Below, piece after piece: positions 51,751 to 62,719 of a stretch of 64,000 nucleotides of DNA. Positions within the stretch are counted from its first letter, which is position 1. Each line of letters opens with the position of its first letter. The stretch comes from Isurus oxyrinchus (taxonomy: Eukaryota): the NCBI GenBank assembly GCA_026770705.1, contig JANJGN010000008.1:73346001-73410000 (forward strand), read 5' to 3'. The position numbers and the translations under genes are program-made. The notes beneath the pieces were generated by a model. The model was not told the origin of the DNA. It searched no databases and saw only the letters and a program-made list of their open reading frames with translations.

Positions 51751-54482
51751 TCAAGACCTAAAGTTGTTGAATTCAATATTCAGTCCGGAAGGCTGTAAAG
51801 TGCCTAGTCGGAAGATGAGGTGCTGTTTCTCCAGTTTGCGTTGGGCTTCACTGGAACAATGCAGCAACGCAAGGACTGACATGTGGGCAAGAGAGCAGGG
51901 TGGAGTGTTAAAATGGCAAGCGACAGGGAGGTCTGGGTCATTCTTGTGGACAGACCGCAGGTGTTCGGCAAAGCGGTCGCTCAGTTTACGTTTGGTCTCT
52001 CCAATGTAGAGGAGACCGCATTGGGAGAAACAAATGCAGTAGACTAAGTTGGGGGAAATGCAAGTGAAATGCTGCTTCACTTGAAAGGAGTGTTTGGGCC
52101 CTTGGACGGTGAGGAGAGAGGAAGTGAAGGGACAGGTGTTACATCTTTTGCGTGGGCATGGGGAGGTTCCATAGGAGGGTGTTGAGGAGTTAGGGGGTGA
52201 TGGAGGAGTGGACCAGAGTCGGAATGCCGACAGGGGGGGTGAAGGGAAGATGTGTTTGGTGGTGGCATCATGCTGGAGTTGGCGGAAATGGCGGAGGATG
52301 ATCCTTTGAACGCAGAGGCTGGTGGGGTGATAAGTGAGGACAAGGGGGACCCTATCATGTTTCTGGGAAGGAGGAGAAGGCATGAGGGCGGATGCGCGGG
52401 AGATGGGCCGGTCACGGTTGAGGGCCCTGTCAACGACCGTGGGTGGAAAACCTCAGGTAAGGATGAAGGAGGACATGTCAGAGGACGTGATTTTGAAGGT
52501 GGCATCATCGGAACAGATGCGACGGAGGCGAAGGAACTGAGAGAATGGGATGGAGTCCTTACAGGAAGCGGGGTGTGAGGAGCTGTAGTCGAGGTAGCTG
52601 TGGGAGTCGGTGGGTTTGTAATGGATATTGGTGGACAGTCTATCACCAGAGATTGAGACAGAGAGGTCAAGGAAGGGAAGGGAAGTGTCAGAGATGGGCC
52701 ACTTGAAAATGATGGAGGGGTGGAGATGGGAAGCAAAAATAATAAATTTTTCCAAGTCCCGACGAGAGCATGAAGCAGCACCAAAGTAATCATCGATGTA
52801 TCAGAGAAAGAGTTGTCGAAGGGGGCTGAGTCGGACCGGAACAAGGAATGTTCCACATACCCCATAAAGAGACAGGCATAACTGGGGCCCATGCGGGTAC
52901 CCATAGCCACACCTTTTATTTGGAGGAAGTGAGAGGAGTTGAAGGAGAAATTGTTCAGGGTGAGAACAAGTTCAGCCAGACGGAGGAGAGTAGCGGTGGA
53001 TGGGGATTGTTCGGGCCGCTGTTCGAGGAAGAAGCTAAGGGCCCTCAGACCATCCTGGTGGGGGATGGAGGTGTAGAGGGATTGGATGTCCATGGTGAAG
53101 AGGAAGCAGTTGGGCCCAGGGGACTGGAAATTGTTGATGTGACGTAAGGTGTCAGAGGAATCACGGATGTAAGTGGGAAGGGACTGGACAACTGGAGAGA
53201 GAAGGGAGTCAAGATAAAGAGAAATGAGTTCCGTGGGGCAGGAGCAAGCTGACACGATCGGTCTACCGGGACAGTTCTGTTTGTGGATTTTGGGTAGGAG
53301 ATAGATGCGGGCCATCCAAGGTTGGGCGACTATCAGGTTGGAAGCTGTGGGAGGGAGATCTCCAGAGGAGATGAGGTCAGTGACAGTCCTGGAAACAATG
53401 GCTTGATGTTCAGTGGTGGGGTCATGGTCCAGAGAGAGATAGGAGGAAGTGTCTGCTAGTTGACGCTCAGCCTCCATGAGGTAGTGGTCAGTGTGCCAGA
53501 CAACAACAGCACCACCCTTGTCAGCGGGTTTGATAACAATGTCAGGGTTGGACCTGACAGAACGGAGTGCAGTAAGTTCAGAGAGAGAGAGATTAGAATG
53601 GGTGAGAGGAGCAGAGAAATTGAGACGACTAATGTCGCGCCGACAGTTCTCAATGAAAAGCTCAAGAGAAGATAAGAATCCAGAGGGAGGGGTCCAGGTG
53701 GAGGGAGAATATTGGAGGTGCGTGAAAGGATCCGTTGAACGGGGAGAGGACTCCTGCCCAAAAAAGTGAGCCCGGAGACGAAGACGGCAGAAGAAGAGTT
53801 CAGTATCGTGCCGAGCCCGAAATTCATTGAGATGAGTGCATAAGGGTATGAAACTAAATCCTTTGCTAAGCATTGAACGTTCAGCATCGGAGAGGGGAAG
53901 GTCAGGGGGTATAGTGAATACACGGCTGGGGCTGGGATTTGAAGATGGGGTGGGGACGGAGGGACAGGCAGGGGTGGAGGTTCTTAGATGGGTGTTGATG
54001 TTGATGAGTTGTTGGAGCTTGCGTTCCTTAGCACTTGAGAGAAAGAGAAAAAGTTTCTTGTTGAGGCGTCGGATGGGATGAAGAATAAAATGAAACTGGG
54101 GGCAGGTGCAGCTTTGAAAAAGGGTGCGGTGGTGCTGCTGGAGGGAGAGGTCGAGTTTGTTCATATGGTGGCGCATGGCACTAAGTGTGGATCTCAGAAT
54201 GTGATGGGAACAGCAGTCCGAGAAACGTTTTACGTCCCGGAGATACCTGTAATCCTGGGTGGGTTCGAAACATGAGGGGTGGAATTTCAGTTGAAATCCA
54301 CCTGGGGTAAGTCGGAGACGGAGACAGTCACTGAGAAAGGAGATATGGCTGTGAAAGCGGGTTTTAGTAAACAGCTTGTCAAACACCAGGAGAGAAATGG
54401 AAGGCAATGAAGGTGAACTAGGCAAAAGAGAGATACGGAAATCTTGTAACAGAGACGAGCAAAATTTCTTCAAGGTAGGCAT
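51751..54482 (-). pseudogene. Penelope RT/GIY-YIG ORF, disrupted
   Basis: LSKGFSFIP; IVIKPADKGG; LLPKIHK..PGRPIVS; MDIQSLYTSIP; GVAMGTRMGPSYACLFM. YIDD lies in another frame and is preceded by a TGA (~52800). Cys linker CPRKRCNTCP and VYCI..SQCGLLYIGETKR GIY-YIG follow. Confidence 0.93.
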
Positions 54483-54615
54483 TTCTTGAAGAGCAGTGGC
54501 AGTCAATTAAACACAGAGATAAAAACAAAAAACTGCGGATGCTGGAAATCCAAAACAAAAACAGAATTACCTGGAAAAACTCAGCAGGTCTAGCAGCATC
54601 AGCGGTGAAGAAAAG

Positions 54616-54654
54616 AGTTGACGTTTCGAGTCCTCATGACCCTTCAACAGAACT
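54616..54654 (-). ncRNA. Minimal hammerhead motif, 5' pLTR copy
   Basis: AGTT-CTGTTGA-A-GGGTC(ATGAG)GACTC-GAAACGTC|AACT; palindromic ACGT in place of stem III; GUC cleavage triplet. Confidence 0.65.
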
Positions 54655-55038
54655 AGGTGAATCCAAGGAGAGGGGTGAAATATAAGCTGGTTTAAGGTGG
54701 GGGGGAGGGGGAGGTTGGGTGGGGGGAGAGAAGTGAAGGGGGGTGGTGTGGTTGTAGGGACAAGCAAGCAGTGATAGGAGCAGATCATCAAAAGATGTCA
54801 CAGACAAAAGAACAAAAGAACACAGAGGTGTTGAAGTTGGTGATATTATCTAAACGAATGTGCTAATTAAGAATGGATGGCAGGGCATTCAAGATATAGC
54901 TCTAGTGGGGGTAGGGGGAGCATAAAAGATTTTAAAATAATGGAAATAGGTGGGAAAAGAAAAATCTATATAAATTATTGGAAAAAAACAAAAGGAAGGG
55001 GGAAGAAACAGAAAGGGGGTGGAGATGGAGGAGGGAGT

Positions 55039-55725
55039 TCAAGACCTAAAGTTGTTGAATTCAATATTCAGTCCGGAAGGCTGTAAAGTGCCTAGTCGGT
55101 AGATGAGGTGCTGTTCCTCCAGTTTGCGTTGGGCTTCACTGGAACAATGCAGAAAGCCAAGGACAGACATGTGGGCAAGAGAGCAGTGTGGAGTGTTAAA
55201 ATGGCAAGCGACAGGGAGGTTTGGGTCATTCTTGTGGACAGACCGCAGGAGTTCGGCAAAGCGGTCGCCCAGTTTACGTTTGGTCTCTCCAATGTAGAGG
55301 AGACCACATTGGGAGCAACGAATGCAGTAGACTAAGTTGGGGGAAATGCAAGTGAAATGCTGCTTCACTTGAAAGGAGTGTTTGGGCCCTTGGACGGTGA
55401 GGAGAGAGGAAGTGAAGGGGCAGGTGTTACATCTTTTGCGTGGGCATGGGGAGGTTCCATAGGTGGGGGTTGAGGAGTAGGGGGTGACGGAGGAGTGGAC
55501 GAAGGTGTCCCGGAGGGAACGATCCCTACGGAATGCTGACAGGGGAGGGTGAAGGGAAGATTTGTTTGCTGGTGGCATCATGCTGGAGTTGGCGGAAATG
55601 GCAGAGGATGATCCTTTGAACGCGGAGGCTGCTGGGGTGATAAGTGAGGACAAGGGGGACCCTATCATGTTTCTGGGAAGGAGGAGAAGGCATGAGGGCA
55701 GATGCCCGGGAGATGGGCTGGACAC
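55039..55725 (-). pseudogene. GIY-YIG endonuclease portion of the upstream partial Penelope copy
   Basis: CISPNLVYCIRCSQCGLLYIGETKRKLGDRFAELLRSV...GLNIEFNNFRS. Confidence 0.9.
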
Positions 55726-55936
55726 GGCTCCTTCAGCTAAGCTGACAAGTAAGCACTACCACCTTATGCCACGGCTGCTGCCTTGATCCCGGATGTCTGA
55801 AATGGCCCTTTCCTTTAACCCCAAACTCCACTCAGTGCCTGTGGAATAATGCCACCCACATCCAGCACTACATACTGGCTTATCCTGCACCACATTAAAT
55901 AAAAAAAGGCAAAGCATCTTCAGGCCATTGTGACAA

Positions 55937-55949
55937 AATAAAATTTATT
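55937..55949. promoter_or_regulatory. Back-to-back polyadenylation signals between convergent Harbinger genes
   Basis: AATAAA (+, 55937-55942) and TTTATT (-, 55944-55949) lie between the transposase stop (55740) and the Myb-like stop (~56057). Confidence 0.4.
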
Positions 55950-56056
55950 TCATGTTGACAGTCAAAACAAATTAACAAAACCTTCTCTGGTCTTCAGTTA
56001 AATTAAACAAAACATTGTACAACAGAAGATCATTCGTGATCAGTCCCTCTTGTGCT

Positions 56057-57895
56057 CATGGTGCCTTAAACTTACATTTGCAAGTGCTACGTCTTGGTGC
56101 TCCCCCCTCGCTGGCACCGGCATTCAAGGCAGCCTGCTGACTATGCTGTCCTGTTGGCCTTGTTGACCTTGGCTTTGTCCTAGGGCCAGTGGAGCCTGTG
56201 CTGACCCCACCTGGAAGGGAGCGGCCAGTTCCATGGCTAGCATCTCCCCAGTTGCCGCAGCCCCATCAGATGCCACGATTACTGGCAGAGGGGCAGAGGA
56301 GCAGCTGCCGTCATCCAGAGTGCCTAAGAGCAGCCCGCAGAGATTACACACAGCTCGTGCACCAACGTAAGGTTGCTCTGGACCTCCCTGCTTACTATTG
56401 ATGGACGGGCACCTAGCTGGGATACTGGGTGCTTCATCTATCTCCTACATAGACACTAACCACCTGAGGTCAGTGCCTGTGTGAGGGCTTGCAGATCCAA
56501 GTGCAACCCCAGGAACCCCTGATTCTGTTCCTGGAGCTGCTTCTCCATGAAAGTCACCACTCTCTCAATGAAGGAGGCAGGGCGCTTGGCCGTGAGGGCA
56601 AAGCAGTGCTGATATTCTGCATGGAATCCTCCATAACTGAGATCATGGCAGGCATACTCTCTTGGATCTCTGCCAGATCCTCCCGCACATCCAGCATCTG
56701 CCCCCTAATGGATGAGTCCAGAGGCTCATCATCTGCCTTTGACTCAGCATTGTCCTGGTCTCCAGCAGTCCTCTGACCGCCCGCATCCTGGGCACTCTCT
56801 GCCTCTGCCTGCACCTCAAACGAGTGAAGTCCCCTCACCACTGTGAACCAACATTCTAGCCGAAGATCTAGCACCCCATGAAGTGCTGGTATCTATGCTG
56901 GAGCCTGGTTCAGAGAGCAGATATGACAAAACTGCATCTGGAGCCTAGTGGTTCTCAGGCATCAGGGGTGGGTCTTCGGGGTTCTGCGATTGGGTGTGTG
57001 GTGGCAAACCTAAGGGAGAACAATAACATGTCATTCGTTTAAGTCAGCACATTGTCATTGTGCATGTCAGGTGCACTGGTGAGACCACGGAAGTCTGTAT
57101 CATGGTGCCATCATCTTTCAATGATCAATGATGACTCCAGGTTTGAGGCTTCCATCAATGATGAGAGTACACAAAAATGTTTCCACCATCTTAAATTCTC
57201 ACCTCTGTGCACTGCGCTCTTACCTTTGTCTGACACCCCAGCCTCTCCACGGCTGGTTGACCGACCCTCCAGCTCAAGGACACCCTGCTCGTACTTGGTT
57301 AGGATTAGGAGGCTTGGGGGGGCCTCCACCTGTCTGTGGCCTCTCAATGTTGTTATGGGTTGTCTTCTCCTGAAAGGACAGAAGAGCATTGATTAGTCCA
57401 CTCTCTACCTGCAGCGCCTATTGCAGTCTGGCCAACCCCACCTGAGGAACACCTTGCAGGGCACATCTGAGTCATGGCCCTTGAGCTGCAAGGCACTCAG
57501 TCCAAGCAGCCAGGGCTCAGCCCCTTGGCCAGCTCTGGTGTCATTGACAATTGGTGCTCAAACTCTAACACCCTTGAGCTCCACGGGAGGAAGGCCAACC
57601 CATAACATTTCAACACACTGATCCATGTCAACGTGGTATTCATCCTTCCTGAGTGCAGCAGGTTGTTAAACATTTTGCTGCACTGGACCCAGGTGCACTG
57701 CATCACATCATAGTTGCTGACCGGTGCTGGCACCTCCTCCCACACTTATTTTGTTAGGTGCAGTGGCTTCCTCCTTACATCCCTGGGGACAAGGGTGCCC
57801 CTCCTGGCAGCCATCTCCTCCAGGAGGACTGCGTGGCACTCATTGCCCACCCAACCTGCCCTCCCGCCTGGCGCCTGCAGCTGCATTTGCATCCA
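56057..57895 (-). pseudogene. Harbinger Myb/SANT-like gene, three exons, decayed
   Basis: Exon 1 (VLLEEMAARR..WEEVPAPVS..TWVQCSKMFNNLLHSGR). Exon 2 ~57370-57223 follows CCTTTCAG (EKTTHNNIERPQTGGGPP..LTKYEQGVLEL) then GTAAGA. Exon 3 from ~57010 ends PRRSTCKCKFKAP*. Confidence 0.8.
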
Positions 57896-58344
57896 TAATT
57901 TTTACTCTGCTGCTGACAACACCAAAGATGTCTTCACTCACTGGTAGCCTTCCAGGGCCTGACTGTGCCAGTAGGCCACTGCCCTTCCCCACCCTTTCCT
58001 CACCATTGGGGAGTCGTCATTCACACCATTGTGAAATTGCGGTTGGGGGCCAATCGCCGGCGGTGGGCTATTTCCCGGCCACTCCCAGGCCCGCCGACTG
58101 CACCCGCCCGCCGACCTCAAAATTCTGGCCTTGATTTTATACACTGCCTTTTTCAACACCGTCAGAAATTAGCATTCAGGAAGATTCAATACACAGTGAA
58201 AGAGATGATTAATGTTGGTTGAATGACGATTATTGGCCAGAATGACTTCCTATTCATCTAGTATTACATTGGGATTTATTTGAAAAGGGCTATGGTTAAA
58301 TATCTCATCTCAAAGACAGCATCTCCAGCAATCAACTGACTCAT

Positions 58345-58785
58345 CAAACTGGCTGCTTTGTCCTGGATTGCTTTGAGCTTCTTGAGTGTTATTGAAGCTG
58401 CACTCATCCAGGCCAGTGGGGAGTATTCCATCATACTCCTGGCTTGTGCCTTGTAGATGGTGGGCAGGCCTTGGGGAGTCAAGAGGTGAGCTATTCACTG
58501 CAGAATTCCCAGTCTTTGACCAACTCTTGTAGCCAAACTATTTATATGGCTGGTCCAGTTAAGTTTCTGGTCAATGGTAACCACCTCCGCCACCCCCCCC
58601 CCCACCTCCCGCCCCCAACCGTGATGTTGATGGTGGGGTATTCAGGATAATGTTGGTTCAATGTCAAGGGGAGATGGTTAGATTCTATCTTGTTGGAGCT
58701 GGTTATTGCCTGGCACTTGTGTGGCACAAATGTTATTTGCCACTTATCAGCCCAAGCCTAAATGTTGCCCAAGGCTTGCTTTGCT
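58345..58785 (-). mobile_element. CR1-clade LINE family B fragment
   Basis: IYKAQARSMMEYSPLAWMSAAS..IQDKAA. Confidence 0.85.
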
Positions 58786-58789
58786 CTAA

Positions 58790-59890
58790 CTTCAATGGCC
58801 ATGAAGAAACCAGCTGTGCTCACAAATGGGTGTGTGAGAAGATCTTCACTTTGGATGAACATGAATTGGAGAATGAGCAGAGGTCAGAAAAAGACAGGGC
58901 AAGCTGCTAGAAGGGGGTGGAGGAGGAGGAGGAGAAGGAGAAGGAATCTCAGCAGGAGCCCATATCTTCCCAGAGTGTTCAGGGAGCAATTCTCCTATCT
59001 GAGCCTGAGTGAGGAATAGTGTGTAAGATAGTGTGCACTTCACCAGGAAGATCCTCACTGAAATCTGCCACCTGCTGCAGCCGCAGCTGCAACCTTAGAG
59101 CAGGGTGAGGACGGCAATGTCAGTGGCTGTGAAGATGACCATGGCAATGAACTTTTATGCATGGGCTCCTTGTAGGCTGCAGGTAAAGATATTTACAGTA
59201 TCTTGCGATTTGCTGTTCACTGATAGGTAAAGGAAGTCATTGGCACTCAAAAAGAGCTAAATACGTTTCATTTCTTTTGCTAGAAAGAAACAGGTGGCAG
59301 GTGCATGCAAATTTGTGAGGATTTCAGTTCCCTATTGTGCATGGTGCCATTGATTACATACATGTTGCTTGGCAGTGCTGCATGCAAACTCTGAAATTTA
59401 TTGTAGCCATAAGGGATTCCATTCCTTCACTGTTCAGCTGGTGCACAGCAATAATTCTGGCAGTGGTCATGCGCTCTTCACCCTGCGGTGGTTCACTGTT
59501 CCATCTGCATTTGCGCCACCATGACAAACCAATGAGTGGCAACAAGGGCTTTATGCCGATTAGAATTTGCATACATTGAAAGCCATGCTGCCACATGAAA
59601 TGTGATAGAGTTGGCATTGACATGCTGAAACAACACTTGTGCTTCCTGGGCTGCTTTGGAGGAGCGCTGCCGTGCTTCAGAGAGCACATGTCAAAAGCGG
59701 TGGTGGTCTGCTGTTGCACAACCTCGCATCATGAGGGGACAGCCCATGACACCAGCTAACAGTTGGAGAGCAGGAAGAAGGAAAGGAGCAGGAGGAAAAG
59801 AAAAGGGAAGGGAGGAAAAAAGGAAGAAAGACTTGCATGGGCTAACCCTGCAACATGATCCCTGCACCCGTTTCAAGGGTTATTGAGTTT
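58790..59890 (+). pseudogene. Highly decayed Harbinger transposase
   Basis: YLPRVFREQFSYLSLSEE; EICHLLQ..VAVKMTMAMNFYA; HGAIDYIHV; LHNLA.MRG. Confidence 0.75.
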
Positions 59891-60384
59891 TGCGGCCATC
59901 ATATTTAAAGCCACATGGAAACATTCAGGCCATTCAACCGATCAGGAGTTGGAAGGCTAAAAAGCGTTTTCAGCAAGGCAATAAACAAATACTTAATTCA
60001 TCTTGTGTTCAAATTGTCACAAAATCTTCTCCCAGGCATCCCTATTACATGTGGCATTGAGGAAATTGAGACCACCTGGCCACAGCCACTAATGGTTCTA
60101 AAATGTTTCTAAGGAAGCAATGAAAATATTGATGCAACACCAGGGAAACATTACAAATATCTACATTTTATTGGGTGAAACTTCTTCATATTCAAAGTTC
60201 TGAAATACATTATCAGCTACTTAGAGGAAAACATACTATCATAACAAAAATTAATTTAGCTCTGTTGCTGTATACGAATCAATGTGATAGTATGCCAACA
60301 AATATAAACAATAGAATACAGATCCTCAAGAGTCTGCACCTGTAGCACATAGTATGGTGAGGGCTAACAGACAGAATTAGGTTA

Positions 60385-60697
60385 CTATTTGGATGACAGA
60401 TCAAACCGCGGTCCTGTCTGCTCTCTCAGGTGGTCTTAAAAGATTCAATAGTAACATTTTGAAGAAGGATAGAGGAGTTTTGGTCAATATTTATCCCTCA
60501 ACAAACATCACTTAAACAGATTATCTAGTTATTATCACATTGCTGTTTGTGTGACATTGCTGTGCACAAAATGACAGCACCATTTACTACATTACAACAG
60601 TGGCTATTTTTTAAGACTACATCCTTGACAGTAGAAATGCTTTGGGATTACCTGAGGTTGTAAATGATGCTATGAAAAGGCAATTCATTTTCTTTTT
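60385..60697 (+). mobile_element. Deu-domain SINE (SacSINE1/AmnSINE-like), 5' truncated
   Basis: GTCTGCTCTCTCAGGTGG...CAATATTTATCCCTCAAC..CAGATTATCT..ATTATCACATTGCTGTTTGTG..TTGCTGTGCACAAA matches the Deu-SINE consensus as recalled. Confidence 0.75.
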
Positions 60698-61022
60698 CCT
60701 TATGGTCCAAGGGTGTCTGTGAACCTCAATCTAGGAAGCTATGTATGGTTCTGTGGGAGTCACCTTGATCCCAGTGAATTTGGCATTCTTGATCCTTTGG
60801 AAAATATGAACTATTCCTCATTAGGACACTATTCCCTTATGATAACTTCCAGGTTTTGGATGTTCATTTTTCTTTTTGATTAGTTGATTGTCCATAAATA
60901 TCACAATTATCCGGTGACATTACGTGTCACTGCTGGTAAACTAAGTTGTTGTGTATCGCAATATGTCATTTTCATTCTTTGGGCTGAATTTGCTCTGTGT
61001 GCTAGTTATAGAGCAACAATTC

Positions 61023-61375
61023 TTGGCCCATTGGTAATGCTCTTTTCTCCTGACTCAAAAGATTTTTCATTCAAGCCCCACTCCAGGATCCAAGCAAATA
61101 ATCTAAGCTGACACTGCAATACTGGAGGGAGTGCTGCATTGGCGGCACCACCTTTAGATGGCAGCTTAATTTGAAATTTTATCTGCTTGTTTATGTGGAT
61201 GTAAATAATTCTGTCTAATGAGTTGGAGAGCAGGGAGCTCCCCTAATGTTCAGGGTCAAATTCCTCCCTTTAAACCCTACATAAAAGAATATGTTAACTG
61301 ATTATTCATCATAATTTGTGTTTGTGGAAGCTTGCTGTGTTCAATTGACTGTCACATTTCAGTACATAACAATGA
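61023..61375 (+). mobile_element. tRNA-head Deu-SINE, diverged
   Basis: Degenerate tRNA head (TGGCCCATTGGTA...TTCAAGCCCCACTCCAG), then GAGGGAGTGCTGCA and TGTTTGTGGAAGCTTGCTGTG. Confidence 0.6.
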
Positions 61376-62204
61376 TTTGTTGGTTATTTAATACTTTAGC
61401 ACTGTTGCTAACCTCTTTAAAATACATTCGATTAAAAATGGAGTTAAAATCTTCAAAGCACTTACCCCACTTCAGTGTAAAGTACCATAATGCCGTAAGG
61501 TAGCCCCTGACCCTGTAGCTCTCAAGATAACTATATGTTGAGAACTCAAAAAGGAGAGAAGATCCCCTTTAAAATTTTCTTTCCTAAATTCTAAGCTGCA
61601 CAAAAGCCCTTGGGAAATTCAATCTTGACCAGATTATTTTGTGGGTTTACAATTTTCTGTGATAAATGTGAATACTGTGCTCACAATCTATCCACAGAGG
61701 GCTTATCCAAGGCTGAAACCATTAAATACAGCAACATCAAGATAGCACTGAACTGAAGCATGGATAAGAGGAAATCCTATTTTTTGCCTTGTTCATTTAT
61801 TACTGACCTATAGCGATGCAACAAATATGCAATCCCACTGAATGTTGTCTTCTAAATGGACATAGATTAATGAATGAGGCTACTGCACCAGGATAGGTTC
61901 TGAATTATGTTTATCCTATGTTTGAAGGGAACGACCTCTATATTCCTTGGCTAAGCTAACTTTATATTCACTTTTGCAGATTAGCTTGGGTTGTTATAGT
62001 CACTAGTTGAGTAGCCAGATAGTCCATAATAATTTCTCAATGCTAAAAGAACCTGAAAACAGGAAATCAGAAAGGGCATTGGTTTTAAAAATATGTGTTT
62101 GACTCGCAAAAATCCAAAATGGTAGCAGCAAAATTCCAAAGTATGGCATGTCAAGACTAAAGCTGTAAAATTCAGTTGTGTAACACCCATCTTTTTTGCG
62201 CTAG

Positions 62205-62290
62205 TAGATGCTTTATTGAGTCCAGTAGGACATCTGCAGCATGAATACGCACTTCTGGGACTGGCTGATCCAGATGCCATTTTGGAAAGG
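62205..62290 (+). CDS. Candidate internal host-gene exon (unidentified)
   Basis: CATCTTTTTTGCGCTAG acceptor and AGG|GTATGA donor; only one open frame, DALLSPVGHLQHEYALLGLADPDAILER; apparently non-repetitive context. Confidence 0.3.
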
Positions 62291-62719
62291 GTATGAGTGT
62301 TGTATTCAATTGTTCGATTGTTCAGTGTTTGATTGTGTGCATCTGTTAACCATCCTTTGTGTGCTATTAGTCAAGCCTACGTGTGGTTACAGAGAAACAG
62401 AAATTGAAACAAGCAGCTAGAAGCATTGAGTGCGGAGACATTTTTAAAGCGCTGTAAATAAAGCTCCTGTTTAGACGTAGAAACTGGCATTTCTGCACAT
62501 CTCCAAGGCATAATATCAATAATAAGCATAGGTGTAAGCTGCATGTGCTGAAAGTTTGCATTGTAGCCAGATCAAGACATCAGCATGTACCATTGCTTAA
62601 ACATCAGCAATACCATTTTCAACCTGCATGCTTCAGCTAACATGCCATCTTAACCTCAAACAGCTGAACTTGCACTCAGTAGTACAAGCAGTCAACACTG
62701 AAAGCAGTCTGCATTCTTA

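Larger units (their letters stand above)
51269..55726 (-). mobile_element. Near-full-length Penelope-like element (Neptune-type) in partial-tandem arrangement
   Basis: A 5' partial copy (55726-54520) precedes a full unit (ORF + pLTR to 51269); 13-bp TSD GCTCCTTCAGCTA at 51256-51268 and 55727-55739. Confidence 0.95.
49526..58130. mobile_element. PIF/Harbinger transposon, formerly autonomous (~4.1 kb without the Penelope insert)
   Basis: TTG|GCGCAGAACC ... AAAATTCTGGCC|TTG; convergent transposase (+) and three-exon Myb-like gene (-). Confidence 0.8.

Noticed and set aside
52077-54506. 809-aa ORF as an intact functional gene
   Set aside because: It leaves the RT frame before YIDD (~52820), there is a TGA next to YIDD, and the C-terminal S/P-rich part is out of frame; this copy is defective.
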